From the IMG/VR virus record IMGVR_UViG_3300009128_000011, positions 8,017-72,016 of that record: 64,000 bases of DNA. One strand, 5' to 3'. The stretch's first letter is position 1, and every line of letters starts with the position of its first letter. Below are positions 54,239 through 64,000 of this stretch, piece by piece. This stretch comes from a virus. Below the pieces are notes generated by a model. The model had not been told where the DNA came from and did not search any database. It saw nothing but the letters and a program-made list of their open reading frames with translations. Position numbers and translations under genes: made by a program.

Positions 54239-56617
54239 ATGGGGGCGTTCTCCCGGGCGTTCGGCGGAGGCGGCCGCACCATGGGACTCGGGGCGATCCT
54301 CGACTTCCAGTCCCGGGATGCCGTCAAGAACATGAACAAGGCGCAGGCGGGGACGTTCCGCCTGCAGACGGGGCTGCAGAACGCAGGGATAGCGGCGCGC
54401 ACGGCCGCGGGGACCATCGCCAAGTTCGGCTTGGCGCTCGTGCCGGTCGGCGCTGCGCTCGGCGTGGGGGTCAAGAAGGCGCTGGACTGGGAGACGGGGA
54501 TGGCGCGGATCGGCACCCTGCTGACCGGCCCAGACCTGGAGCGCCTGCCGCAGATCAGCCGGGAGATGGGGGAGCTGACGCGGCAGTACGGGGTCGCCGC
54601 CAGCACCATGCAGGAGGGTATGTTCCAGGCGATCTCGGCCTCGGTGCCGGCGACGAAGTCCATGGAGTTCATGACCGTGGCGGCGAAGGCCGCTGTTGGC
54701 GGCTTCACGGACATGAACGTCGCGGTCGACGGGCTGACGAACGTGATCAACGCCTACGGCCTGTCCGTCGACCGGGCCGAAGAGGTGGCCTCGGCGTTCT
54801 TCGTGAGCAACCGCTTCGGGAAGACCACCTTCGATGAGCTGGCGCAGAGCCTCGGGCAGGTCAGTCCACTCGCGGCCAAGCTGGACGTGGACTTCCGCCA
54901 GCTCTCGGCGGTCATCGCCGGCGTGTCCAAGCAGGGCATCGTGACGGCGGAGGTCGTCACCGGTCTGCGCGCAGCGTTCACCAACCTGATGCAGCAGCAG
55001 CCCCGGGCGATCAAGATGGCGAAAAAGATCGGGATCGAGTGGGGGGTCGCGGGCATGAAGGCAGCCGGAGGCTTCGTCCCCTTCCTCGAAGAGATCACCA
55101 GAAAGGCGAAGGGCAACGTCTCGGTCATGCAGAGGATGTTCCGCTCCGTCGAGGGCCTCAAGGTGGTCCTGGCGCTGACGTCCAAGGTCGGCATGGCGAC
55201 CTACACGCAGTCCATGGAGGACATGGCGACCAGGTCAGTACAACTCCAGGAGGCGTTTGCCAAGGTCGAGCAGAAGACGAAACACCAGCTTCGGCGGCTT
55301 GGTGCCAACTTCTCCAGCTTGGCGAAGGACGTGGGGACCGAGCTACTCCCGGTTGTTCGGGAGGCGGCCAACGCGCTGGGCGACATGGTCGATACGCTGC
55401 GGGCCAACCCCCGAGAGCTTCGTGGCGCCATGCGGTCGCTGGCGACGGGCCTGCGGTCGGCGCTGCAGACGGCCAAGAAGACGATGGGGTGGCTACGGGA
55501 CAACCTGGAGACGATTCTGGCAGTCTCCAAGCAACTCGTCTCCACGTGGATCAAGTTCAAGGCGCTCCAGATCGGCATGGGGCTGGCGCAGGCGGGGGCT
55601 GGTGCGTTTCAGTTCGCCCAGGTCGTCTCCGCCCAGGGGCTCGCTGGCGCGCTCGGGATGCTGAAGACCGAGACCGTGAAGACCGCCGGCAAGATGAAGA
55701 TCCTCGGCATCGCCACGACCGGCGGGATCGCGACGATGCGCGGCCTGCCGGTCGACCTGTCTGCCTTCTCCGGGGCGCTGGGTGGGGCGGCCAAGTCGAC
55801 CCGTCGCATGTTCTGGGTAGGGCCGAAGATGGGTGTCGGTGCAGCGGGGACGATCTTCGGCCCCATCGGGAAGGCGTCGCTGACGTTCGGCAATACGCTG
55901 CTCGTCGCCGCCGCCGGGATGGTCGGCTGGGAGATTGGACAGTGGCTCAACTCCCTTGGGGCCGATGAGCTGGTCTACAGGGGGCTGCGCAAGTTGCTCG
56001 GAGAGGGCGGCGAGACGCCTGCGGAGAGACAGGCGGCCACGCGGCGGCAGGAGGCCGCCAGCCTCGCCGCCCAGCGTCGACGTCGCCTGCTGCGGGCTGC
56101 CGAGCGCATGGCCTTCGCCGAAGGGGCGAAGCAGAAGATCGGGGACGTGCTGGCGGAGCAGGCGCCCGGCCCGAGCGTCGACGTCATCATGGAGCGCACG
56201 CTCGCCAAGACGCAGGGGCAGGTGAGGCGGCTGCGGTCCGCCGTTGCGAAGGGCAAGGTCCCGACCGAGTTCGCCGGGATGGGGCAGCGTGAGCGAGAGC
56301 AGTTCCGGGCGCTGGTGCAGGATATCCAGAAGGGGGCCTACGAGACGGTACTGCCAGGCGTGAGGGAGAGCGTCGGCGACATCCCGAAGCTGCTGGAGGC
56401 CATTGACCGGCTCAACGGGACGGTGAAAGAGACCGCCGACAAGGAGACCACCGTCAACGTCGACATGGACGGCCGCAAGCTCGCCAAGGGGCTGGGGCGC
56501 AACGCCGCTCGGACCAACGCCAGAGGGGGGAGCGGGCGGCAGTTCTCCGCGGCGGAGCGCAACCGGATCCTCCGCTCCGGCGTCGAGGTGCTCCGCGTGG
56601 CACCGGGGACCGTCTGA
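54239..56617 (+). CDS. Tape measure protein (TP901-like core)
   Basis: GKTTFDELAQSLG, TGLRAAFTNL; Ala/Gly-rich helical body; C-terminal VNVDMDGRKLA. Confidence 0.92.
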   Translation: MGAFSRAFGGGGRTMGLGAILDFQSRDAVKNMNKAQAGTFRLQTGLQNAGIAARTAAGTIAKFGLALVPVGAALGVGVKKALDWETGMARIGTLLTGPDLERLPQISREMGELTRQYGVAASTMQEGMFQAISASVPATKSMEFMTVAAKAAVGGFTDMNVAVDGLTNVINAYGLSVDRAEEVASAFFVSNRFGKTTFDELAQSLGQVSPLAAKLDVDFRQLSAVIAGVSKQGIVTAEVVTGLRAAFTNLMQQQPRAIKMAKKIGIEWGVAGMKAAGGFVPFLEEITRKAKGNVSVMQRMFRSVEGLKVVLALTSKVGMATYTQSMEDMATRSVQLQEAFAKVEQKTKHQLRRLGANFSSLAKDVGTELLPVVREAANALGDMVDTLRANPRELRGAMRSLATGLRSALQTAKKTMGWLRDNLETILAVSKQLVSTWIKFKALQIGMGLAQAGAGAFQFAQVVSAQGLAGALGMLKTETVKTAGKMKILGIATTGGIATMRGLPVDLSAFSGALGGAAKSTRRMFWVGPKMGVGAAGTIFGPIGKASLTFGNTLLVAAAGMVGWEIGQWLNSLGADELVYRGLRKLLGEGGETPAERQAATRRQEAASLAAQRRRRLLRAAERMAFAEGAKQKIGDVLAEQAPGPSVDVIMERTLAKTQGQVRRLRSAVAKGKVPTEFAGMGQREREQFRALVQDIQKGAYETVLPGVRESVGDIPKLLEAIDRLNGTVKETADKETTVNVDMDGRKLAKGLGRNAARTNARGGSGRQFSAAERNRILRSGVEVLRVAPGTV

Positions 56618-57441
56618 TGCCCGCCGTCCCCACCAGCCCTGCCGACGTCCTCGCCTTCATCCAGGACCCCACCGGCTTCGTCGTCGACGGCCCCGACCGC
56701 CGGCAGTGGCGGATCAAGAGCCTGGATCCCGCTGTGCCCTTCGTGCAGATCGGGGACTTCCGGCCGCGGGAAGGGGTGCAGATCGGAGCGCAGGCGAGCT
56801 ACGGCACGTCGCAAGGGGTCAACGACCAGGGCGAGCTCGTGCAGTTCCTGGGAGGGGCGTCCGACCGCGCCTCCGTCACCGTGGAGCTGTACTCCGAGCG
56901 GCCCGGGGACGACCTGCGCCAGCGGGTGGACCAGCTCATGGGGCTCGTCAAGCGGCACCACAAGCTGCGGCGCCCCCCCCGCTGCCGGTTCTCCTGGGGG
57001 GACCAGGTCTCCCGGGAGGTCTTCTTCGACCGCGCCGGTCTGACTATCCGGCGCCTGTGGAAGAACGGGGCCATGGCCGAGGTGGCCGTCGCCCTGTCGA
57101 TGGTCGAGACGGCGCCGGTCGACGTAGAGGTCTCCGACCCCGCGGCGCCCCCGGCGGAGTCCGTGGAGTACGTGCTCAAGCCCGGGGACACGTTCGAGCT
57201 GATCGCGCAACGCGCCTACGGCGATCCGCTGCTCGGGGTCAACCTCCGGCTCAGGCATCCCGAGCTGGTGGGAGGGATCGAGACGCCCGGGGCCCGGGTG
57301 CTGGTAGTGGGCCGGGACCACCCAGACATCCGGGCCCCGGTGCGACTCGTGTCGGTGCCCTTCGTCGACGGTGACGACCTGGAGGACGCCTACAGGGCGC
57401 TCGTGCTGGCTCGGTCCGCTGCCGGGACCGTCCCGAGCTGA
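56617..57441 (+). CDS. Tube initiator / LysM-containing baseplate protein
   Basis: PPRCRFSWG; YVLKPGDTFELIAQRAYGD. Confidence 0.8.
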   Translation: MPAVPTSPADVLAFIQDPTGFVVDGPDRRQWRIKSLDPAVPFVQIGDFRPREGVQIGAQASYGTSQGVNDQGELVQFLGGASDRASVTVELYSERPGDDLRQRVDQLMGLVKRHHKLRRPPRCRFSWGDQVSREVFFDRAGLTIRRLWKNGAMAEVAVALSMVETAPVDVEVSDPAAPPAESVEYVLKPGDTFELIAQRAYGDPLLGVNLRLRHPELVGGIETPGARVLVVGRDHPDIRAPVRLVSVPFVDGDDLEDAYRALVLARSAAGTVPS

Positions 57442-58712
57442 TGCCGGAGACCGCCCAGGCGTTCCTCCCCCTCGACGTGGGCACGGGGCGCACCTACCGG
57501 CGCAAGGGGTTCGCCCCTCGCTACGAGCTGTCCGTCAACGGGACGACGCTCAAGGAAGACGTGCTGCGGCAGGTCGCCGGCGTGCAGATCGAGATGGGGG
57601 TGGACGGCGCGGACCAGGTCACCCTGCAAGTCGTGCCCGTCACCGACCAGCGCCGCGTGCGCGACTTGCTCGACGGCTACGTCTTCGCCGAGGGCAACAG
57701 CCTCGAGGTGCGCAGCGGAGACGAGACGGGGCCGCTGCACCACATGGGGCGCTACGACCTGCAGGTCTCCGCCCCCCGCGGCGACGAGCGCGGCCGGGTG
57801 GTGGAGGTGATCGGCTACTCGGCCGCGGCACGGCTGCTGCGCAATCAGGCCCCGTGGCGCTTCGGGCGGGACGTCAGCGACCAGGAGGCGGTCATCCAGA
57901 TCGCCCGGCACGCGGGGATCGAGCCGAACGTCTCGGCCACGCTCCCCCGCAAGCGCGCCCGGGTGAAAGAGGTCGGGACGAGCGACCTGGTCTTCCTCGA
58001 TCAGATCGCAGCCACCGCTCGTAACGAGGCGGGGACGGATTTCCGCTGGTACGTCCGGTGGGATCCGGCGGCGCGAGGGGGGCGGGGGGCCGACGTGCTG
58101 ACCTTCGAGCCCTTCCGGCTCGACACCCAGGTGGAGCAGTACGTCTTCCGCTACGAGCCCGGCGAGGACGCCCGGCTGTCGAGCACCCTGCGTCGGTGGG
58201 CCATCGAGCCCGCCATGGGGGACACCCCCTCGAGGCTCTCCGTCGTCTACCTGGACCGGCTCGCCGGCGAGGAGCGGGAGATCGTCGTCGAGGTGGCCGA
58301 CGCCGATGCCGAGCCGAACGTGCTCTGGTCGGGGAAGGTCGCAGGCCTCGACCTGCGGCAGGAGATCAAGGACGGAGCGGCGGTCCGCGTCCAGGCCATC
58401 GGGGAGGGGACGGAGGAGAACCCCCTCGAGTTCCTGACCTTCGAGGACGAGACCGAGGCGCTCGACTTCGCCCGCCGGCGCTTCCGGGCGCGTCAGCTCG
58501 CCTTCGCCAACGCGGACTTCACCGTGGTGGGGATGGAGCGGATCCTGCCCTGGGACCGGCACACCTTCCGGGGCATGCAGGACCGCTGGGACGGCGACTA
58601 TCTGATCATGAACGTAATCCACGGCTGGCAGAAGTCCGGGCCGTACTTCTGCGACCTGACGGCGAACCGGCTCCCGTCGACGAGGTCGGTGCCGAAGGGA
58701 GGGGTGAGGTGA
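57441..58712 (+). CDS. Baseplate hub (P2 gpD-like)
   Basis: Position; SDLVFLDQIA, WDGDYLIMNVIH. Confidence 0.8.
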   Translation: MPETAQAFLPLDVGTGRTYRRKGFAPRYELSVNGTTLKEDVLRQVAGVQIEMGVDGADQVTLQVVPVTDQRRVRDLLDGYVFAEGNSLEVRSGDETGPLHHMGRYDLQVSAPRGDERGRVVEVIGYSAAARLLRNQAPWRFGRDVSDQEAVIQIARHAGIEPNVSATLPRKRARVKEVGTSDLVFLDQIAATARNEAGTDFRWYVRWDPAARGGRGADVLTFEPFRLDTQVEQYVFRYEPGEDARLSSTLRRWAIEPAMGDTPSRLSVVYLDRLAGEEREIVVEVADADAEPNVLWSGKVAGLDLRQEIKDGAAVRVQAIGEGTEENPLEFLTFEDETEALDFARRRFRARQLAFANADFTVVGMERILPWDRHTFRGMQDRWDGDYLIMNVIHGWQKSGPYFCDLTANRLPSTRSVPKGGVR

Positions 58713-59248
58713 GCTATCGCGCCCGCGTCACCGCCGTCTCCGAGGATCTCGACCAGGCCTTCTGGATCAAGGTGGGGTGGCCCCAGATCGGCGGCGAGCA
58801 TCCGGACTTCGTTCGGCCCATGCCGGCGCCGATGCTCGTCATGCCGCAGGTGGGGCAGTTCGTCGAGGTGGAGCGCATCCCGGGGCGCCCGGACGACTGG
58901 TGGTGGTTCGGGCCGGCATGGCGGCGGGAAGACCTCCCGGACGACCTGGCCGACCTCTACCCGAACGTCGCCGGGATCATGGTGGCGGAGGGGGCCTCGG
59001 TGGTGCTGGCCCGGGACGGGCGCGTGTTTGTGCGGGGGTCTGGTACCATCGTGGTCGACGGCGGCACGATTGAACTCGGCGAAGGGGCGACGGAGTCCGT
59101 GGTGTTGGGAGACACGTTCAAGGCATACTCGGATGGCCATGTCCACCTGTACACGCAGCCTCTGCACCCCGGGGTGCCTGGGCCTACGGGGGCGCCCACC
59201 GTTGCGATGCCGGCCAACGCCCTCTCCGGCACCGTGAAGGCGACGTAG
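58709..59248 (+). CDS. Baseplate spike (gpV-like)
   Basis: MPQVGQFVEVE OB-fold, a beta-helix segment, and an HVH tip motif. Confidence 0.8.
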   Translation: MSYRARVTAVSEDLDQAFWIKVGWPQIGGEHPDFVRPMPAPMLVMPQVGQFVEVERIPGRPDDWWWFGPAWRREDLPDDLADLYPNVAGIMVAEGASVVLARDGRVFVRGSGTIVVDGGTIELGEGATESVVLGDTFKAYSDGHVHLYTQPLHPGVPGPTGAPTVAMPANALSGTVKAT

Positions 59249-59641
59249 ATGTCCACCCCGCGCACCATCCGCCTCCCCTGGACTGCCGACGAGCGGGGCA
59301 GCTTCCGGCAGACGTCGTTGCTCTCGCAGGGGGCCCAGGCCACCAAGCAGATGCTGGGGCTGTCCCTGCAGCCACGCGGAGCCACCACCCACCCCTGGCT
59401 GCAGGACGTCGGCTTCACCGAAGAGGTCGTCTTCGCCAAGCCGGAGAGCGCCCGGGTGGACATCCTGGCGCAGGTGGTCAAGACCTTCGCCGGGCATGCT
59501 GCGCGCGAGCGGGCCGAGCTTGTCGGAACGCCGGAGGTGGAGACCATCCCGGGGCGCCCCGGCGTTCTCCTGATCAACCTGTCGTGGCGTGACCTGCGGA
59601 CCGACGAGACGTTCGACGAGGAGCTGGAGGTAGGCGGCTGA
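59249..59641 (+). CDS. Baseplate wedge (gp25/gpW-like)
   Basis: Size and position between the spike and gpJ genes. Confidence 0.65.
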   Translation: MSTPRTIRLPWTADERGSFRQTSLLSQGAQATKQMLGLSLQPRGATTHPWLQDVGFTEEVVFAKPESARVDILAQVVKTFAGHAARERAELVGTPEVETIPGRPGVLLINLSWRDLRTDETFDEELEVGG

Positions 59642-61839
59642 TGCCGACGACGATCACGATCCCCGACTTCTCGTGGCTGGCCGAGTTCTACCCCGAGATC
59701 TACCAGGCACTGCTCGTCTACAAGCGCCAGCACCTGCCCGAGCTGTCCGAGGAAGCCCCCGACGACCCCGTCATGCAGTTCATCGCCATGGCGGCGATCA
59801 TCGGGCACCTGGTCAACGTCCGGGGGGACTTCACCGCTCGGGAGTTGTACGTCCCGACGCTGCGGCGCCGGACGTCGCTCAACGCTCTGCTGCGCCTGAT
59901 CGACCAGCGGCTCAACGAGGCCTCCCCTGCCGTGGCCGACGTGCTCGCCAGGCTCACGCGCACCTTCACCGCGGACGAGGCCAACCTGGTCCCCGCCCGG
60001 TCGGTCTTCTCCACCATCGCCGGGGAGAACACCGACCCCATCGGCTTCGAGTCGGGCGCTGCCGCGCAGGGGGTGCAGCGCACCGACCAGCTCGGCACCG
60101 TGTGGGGCTTCGACTCCGGGCTCGCTGCCTACGTGGCGTGGGCAGCCGGAGCAGCCCCCTGGGTGACGGCGGCCGAAGCCGGAGACATGATCTACTTCGG
60201 CCACGCTGACGCCATGTGGGACGCGATGGACATCGACCTGTCCGTGGCCCAGGCCGGCATCGCTGCCGTCTGGGAGTACAGCGGCGACAGCGAGGCCACC
60301 CCGACCGGCGTGAGCTGGGTGAGTCCCAACCTCACCTTCGACCTGACGAGCTTGCTGGGGGCGTTCAACCGCACCGGCGCACTCGTCACAATTCTGTGTG
60401 TTCCCACGGGGCAGTCCGCCACCTTCTCCTCGACGTGGAGCGGAGCGGTCAACCAGGTCGTGACCACGGCCACCCTCGGCCAGGGCGCCACGCCGTCGAC
60501 GACCGCGGCAGACTACGTCCTTTCGGTGACCTGGACCGGGGTGACGGTCACGGGCAACAACGCCGACCTGAACAACATCGCTGCGGACGACACCGCCTGG
60601 ACGCTCCCGCAGGCCGTGACCGCCAACTGGGAACAGCGGGCGGTCAACGGGACGACCTCCTACTGGCTGCGCTGGCGCGTGATCAGCGTCGTGGGTCCCA
60701 CGTCGCCCGTGCTCAACGCTGCCATCGACCCGACGACAGGCGACTTCTACGTGCTGGTGGAGGCCACCCAGGGCGAGACCATCGAGGATGACCTCGGCAA
60801 CAGCGACGGGACGGCCTCGCAGACCTTCGCCCTCAACCGGTCGCCCTACATCGAGGGCACCCTGACCGCCCTGCTGGTGGGGGCCGACCCCAACTGGGTG
60901 GTGACGGAGGAGCCGGCCGACTTCTTCGGAGCGGACCCTGCCGAGCTGATCGCCTTCCTCGACGTCCAGGAGGACGGCACCTTCGAGGTGCGCTTCGGCG
61001 ACGGTGTCAACGGGGCGATCCCGCCGGTGGGCGACGCCATCGTGGCCACCTACCGGATCGGCGCCGAGGACGACGGCAACGTCGGTGCCGGGACCATCAC
61101 GCAGAACACCTCCGGACTCGGCTACGTCACCGACCTGACCAACCCGCGGCCGGCCAGCGGCTGGCAGGCGCCGCAGGGGAGCACGGAGGCCGACCTCGAG
61201 ATCCAGAAGCGGCTCCAGCCGGCATCCATGCGGACCCGCAACCGGGCCGTGACGCCGAACGACTGCAGCGTGCTGGTGGTGGACGAGTACACCACGCCGG
61301 ATGGCTCGCGTCCCATCGTGCGGGCCTGGGGCAACGAGGAGGAGTACGGCGTCGGCACCATCGGGCTGCGGGTGGTGGGGGCCGGGGGAGGGTTCGCCTC
61401 CGCGGCCATCCTCACCGCCATCGGCGAGTTCCTCAACGGGACCGATCCCAACGACCCCGACCGGCGCCTCGTCGCGAATCTGGAGCTGACCGCGGCCAAC
61501 TTCATCTCCGAGGCCATCGACGGCGCGATCACCGTCTCCGTCGCCGGCTCGACGGTGGGGGTGGAGTCGGCAGTCCAGGACGTGCTGACCGAACTCCTGG
61601 ATCCCCTCGCCGTCCAGGAGGACGGCACCTGGGAATGGGAGCCGGGCGGTGGCGCCTTCGAGGGGCGCGTCTCCCCGACGCAGATCGCCGGGGCGATCTG
61701 GCTCAACCGGGCCACCGTCGGCGACGTCCGGGATGTGGAGGTGACCGACGTCGACGGAGGAGGTCCAGTCACCTTGATCCTCGCCGACAACGAACTCCCG
61801 CGCATGGGCACGTGGGTCGTCACGGTCACGGCGGTGTAG
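59641..61839 (+). CDS. Baseplate J-like protein
   Basis: VRFGDGVNGAIPP, YRIG...GNV, RNRAVTPND. Confidence 0.88.
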   Translation: MPTTITIPDFSWLAEFYPEIYQALLVYKRQHLPELSEEAPDDPVMQFIAMAAIIGHLVNVRGDFTARELYVPTLRRRTSLNALLRLIDQRLNEASPAVADVLARLTRTFTADEANLVPARSVFSTIAGENTDPIGFESGAAAQGVQRTDQLGTVWGFDSGLAAYVAWAAGAAPWVTAAEAGDMIYFGHADAMWDAMDIDLSVAQAGIAAVWEYSGDSEATPTGVSWVSPNLTFDLTSLLGAFNRTGALVTILCVPTGQSATFSSTWSGAVNQVVTTATLGQGATPSTTAADYVLSVTWTGVTVTGNNADLNNIAADDTAWTLPQAVTANWEQRAVNGTTSYWLRWRVISVVGPTSPVLNAAIDPTTGDFYVLVEATQGETIEDDLGNSDGTASQTFALNRSPYIEGTLTALLVGADPNWVVTEEPADFFGADPAELIAFLDVQEDGTFEVRFGDGVNGAIPPVGDAIVATYRIGAEDDGNVGAGTITQNTSGLGYVTDLTNPRPASGWQAPQGSTEADLEIQKRLQPASMRTRNRAVTPNDCSVLVVDEYTTPDGSRPIVRAWGNEEEYGVGTIGLRVVGAGGGFASAAILTAIGEFLNGTDPNDPDRRLVANLELTAANFISEAIDGAITVSVAGSTVGVESAVQDVLTELLDPLAVQEDGTWEWEPGGGAFEGRVSPTQIAGAIWLNRATVGDVRDVEVTDVDGGGPVTLILADNELPRMGTWVVTVTAV

Positions 61840-61840
61840 C

Positions 61841-63022
61841 GTGGCGCTGACGGTCACCAATCCCGTCAACCTGGTCGACCTCTACACCGGGTCAGTCAAG
61901 CAGGACGGCGGCGACGAGCTGCTTGAGCGGTTCCTCGGCGGCATGCAGACCTGGTTCGACTCCGCGGTGCAGCGGCGCGTCGACATGCTCGAGGCCCTCG
62001 ACCCCCTCGACATGCCGGAGATCCAGGGCTCCGACGGCCGCACGACGCTCGACTACGCCCTCTGGTTGGTGGGGCTCACGGACGAGTGGGACTGGCTGGT
62101 GCGCCAGCTCTCGTCCGCGCAGAAGCGGGCGCTCCTGCGCTCTGCGGTCGCCTTGTGGAAGCTCAAGGGGCTCCCGTACGGCTGGATCCGCTGGATCTCG
62201 CTGCTGACCGCCAAGCCCGTGCTGTACCGGGACTACTTCCACTGGCGCTACCTCACCGACGAGGACTACCTCGGCGACGGGCCCGTGCTCCTCGACCCCA
62301 TCGACGATCCCGTCTTCGGGGCCTACCAGTTCGACTTGTACGTGGTGGACCCCGGGGCGACGTTGCGCGGTCTGGTCACCCAGATCGTCGACGTCACCCG
62401 GCCGAGCTCGCAGCGGGTGCGTCTGCGGTGGGTGGACGCACTCGAGACCTGGGACCGCGACTTCTCCCAGTGGGGGGAGAGGGTGGGCACCGTCACGCTC
62501 GACACGACCGCCCGACGCGCTACGGCGCAGTGGTCGGCGGTGACCCCGGGCCGGGCCGTCTACACCCTGCTGACGCTCTCCTTCACCACCCTCGTCTACC
62601 GGGCGACGTTCCAGGGGGCGGCCGCTGGCTCGCAGGCGGACTTCCTGTTCCACTACAACGACGGCGCCAACTTCGCCTTCGTGCGCTTCGACTACACCGC
62701 CCAGACGGTGGCCGTCTGGACCTGTGTCGCAGGTGTCGAGGCGCTCGTCGCCGCGGCCGCTCTCCCCTGGCCGATGCCCGCTGCCGTCGACTACCACTTC
62801 GAGCTGGCGACGACCGAGACGCCGGCGGGGTACGAGGCGGTCGTGCGGCTCGACGGCGACCCGGTGCTGACAACGGCGGTGGCCGTAGGGCCCGTCGCCG
62901 GGTTGTTCGGCTTCCGGGCTTCCGGCACGGCGAACCTGGAGGTGGGGGACGTCATGCTCTTCTTCCCGCCGCTGACCTACGACTACGCGGCCCCCGACGG
63001 GGCCTTCGACGACGAGGCCTAG
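61841..63022 (+). CDS. Baseplate gpI-like tail protein with a C-terminal beta-sandwich
   Basis: LLERFL, LDP, QKRALLRSAVALWKLKG. Confidence 0.78.
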   Translation: MALTVTNPVNLVDLYTGSVKQDGGDELLERFLGGMQTWFDSAVQRRVDMLEALDPLDMPEIQGSDGRTTLDYALWLVGLTDEWDWLVRQLSSAQKRALLRSAVALWKLKGLPYGWIRWISLLTAKPVLYRDYFHWRYLTDEDYLGDGPVLLDPIDDPVFGAYQFDLYVVDPGATLRGLVTQIVDVTRPSSQRVRLRWVDALETWDRDFSQWGERVGTVTLDTTARRATAQWSAVTPGRAVYTLLTLSFTTLVYRATFQGAAAGSQADFLFHYNDGANFAFVRFDYTAQTVAVWTCVAGVEALVAAAALPWPMPAAVDYHFELATTETPAGYEAVVRLDGDPVLTTAVAVGPVAGLFGFRASGTANLEVGDVMLFFPPLTYDYAAPDGAFDDEA

Positions 63023-64000
63023 ATGGGCACGAACACGCCGCTGTATCCCGCCAGCCTGCCCGACCCGCAGGCCTCCAAGCACGAGCTCACCCGCCAGCAG
63101 GTGGCCTGGCTGCAGGAGCACCATCGGGAGGGGATGGCCACCCTCATGAAGCTCTGGTTCGGGCGGTCCGGGATCTTCGCCTTCGGGGGGGGCTCTCCGC
63201 TCAACCTGCAGGCCGGAGTCGGGAACGACAGCATCGAGGTGCTCGACGGCGTCGGCTACATCGAGGACAGCGCCTACGACGACTTCCCGGGGCTCGTCGA
63301 CTGGGATTCGCTCGGCGACATCGGCGTCGAGAACCAACTTGCCCAGGTCTACCACGTCGGCATGCGGGTGGCGGAGGTACCGATTCCCGACGCCAACGGC
63401 GTGCGGGCCAACCCCAGGACGGGAGCCATCGAGTACGTGGCGACCCGGCTCGAGGTGGGCGAGTTCGGCCAGCCGGACACGGTCAACTACAACGCCGGCA
63501 TCGACCGCTTCGAGTTCACCATCCCGACCGTGGTGGGCAACAACGGCGACAGCCACGGGACTCGGACGGCGCGCATGTGGCTGGCGACGCCGGAGAGCGC
63601 TACGCCGGCCGTGGCCTTCGTCACGCCGACCGTGGGCGACGTCGGCGGCAACTACTTCGCCGTGACCGCTGCCGGTGAGCGCTTCGGTCTGTCGATTGCC
63701 GAGGCGGCCGCAGCGGTGGCCGCGGACTTCCGCCTGATCATGCCCTATCCACGGGTGACGACGGTGGATCTGTCGCTGGACGCCACCTACCTCTACCTCG
63801 GCAACGTCACCGGCGCCGTCCCCGGAGGCCCGGTGGGCGCCATCGACCTGTCCGGCGTCCAGCACCTGGCGAGCGTCAACGAGCTCGTCACGAGCCTGCA
63901 GGAGATCGGGAGCCGTGGACTGCTGCGCCGAACGGCCGCCGCGGGAGCGCAGCCGCCGCTCGTCCGCAACGTGGCCGCGCCGGCCGACCACCAGATCAAC
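63023..64000 (+). CDS. Probable tail fibre / distal tail protein (runs off the window)
   Basis: ATG at 63023 directly after the gpI stop; frame appears open to the end of the window. Confidence 0.65.
   Translation, partial: MGTNTPLYPASLPDPQASKHELTRQQVAWLQEHHREGMATLMKLWFGRSGIFAFGGGSPLNLQAGVGNDSIEVLDGVGYIEDSAYDDFPGLVDWDSLGDIGVENQLAQVYHVGMRVAEVPIPDANGVRANPRTGAIEYVATRLEVGEFGQPDTVNYNAGIDRFEFTIPTVVGNNGDSHGTRTARMWLATPESATPAVAFVTPTVGDVGGNYFAVTAAGERFGLSIAEAAAAVAADFRLIMPYPRVTTVDLSLDATYLYLGNVTGAVPGGPVGAIDLSGVQHLASVNELVTSLQEIGSRGLLRRTAAAGAQPPLVRNVAAPADHQIN

Noticed and set aside
11844-61966. GGTTCGA T-loop-like strings as tRNAs
   Set aside because: All are inside CDSs and I could not fold a cloverleaf around them.
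1-64000. Genome-wide amber (TAG) recoding
   Set aside because: Conserved genes such as terL, sheath, gmd and fcl are full length in the standard code, and TAG falls at natural gene ends.

Overview
The whole window is part of a GC-rich tailed-phage genome with a contractile (myovirus-type) tail. I see no host housekeeping genes, integrase, tRNA or CRISPR array, and both ends cut through genes. Layout: (i) 1-15.3 kb holds DNA-metabolism and accessory genes (DHH phosphoesterase, N4C/N6A DNA methyltransferase, prim-pol/helicase beside an iteron-rich origin-like region, ASCH, many small ORFs). (ii) 15.3-31.7 kb holds terminase, portal, MuF, a 2H-phosphoesterase/XkdF-protease fusion, scaffold and major capsid genes. 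(iii) 31.8-41.5 kb is a glycan cluster inside the head operon (four glycosyltransferase domains, three methyltransferase domains, cysC, gmd, fcl, a beta-propeller). (iv) 41.5-64 kb holds a response-regulator receiver, a holin-like gene, then neck, sheath, tube, frameshifted chaperone, tape measure, baseplate and the start of a tail-fibre gene. Four minus-strand cassettes, each behind a copy of one conserved sigma70-type promoter and a 33-nt leader, are interleaved with the plus-strand operons. One cassette carries a canonical type I hammerhead ribozyme between two genes. The strongest leads are the fucose/sulfate/methyl glycosylation locus, the hammerhead with its cassette RNA architecture, and the 2H-phosphoesterase fused to the head protease. 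All product calls come from motifs and gene order read by eye; no searches were run.
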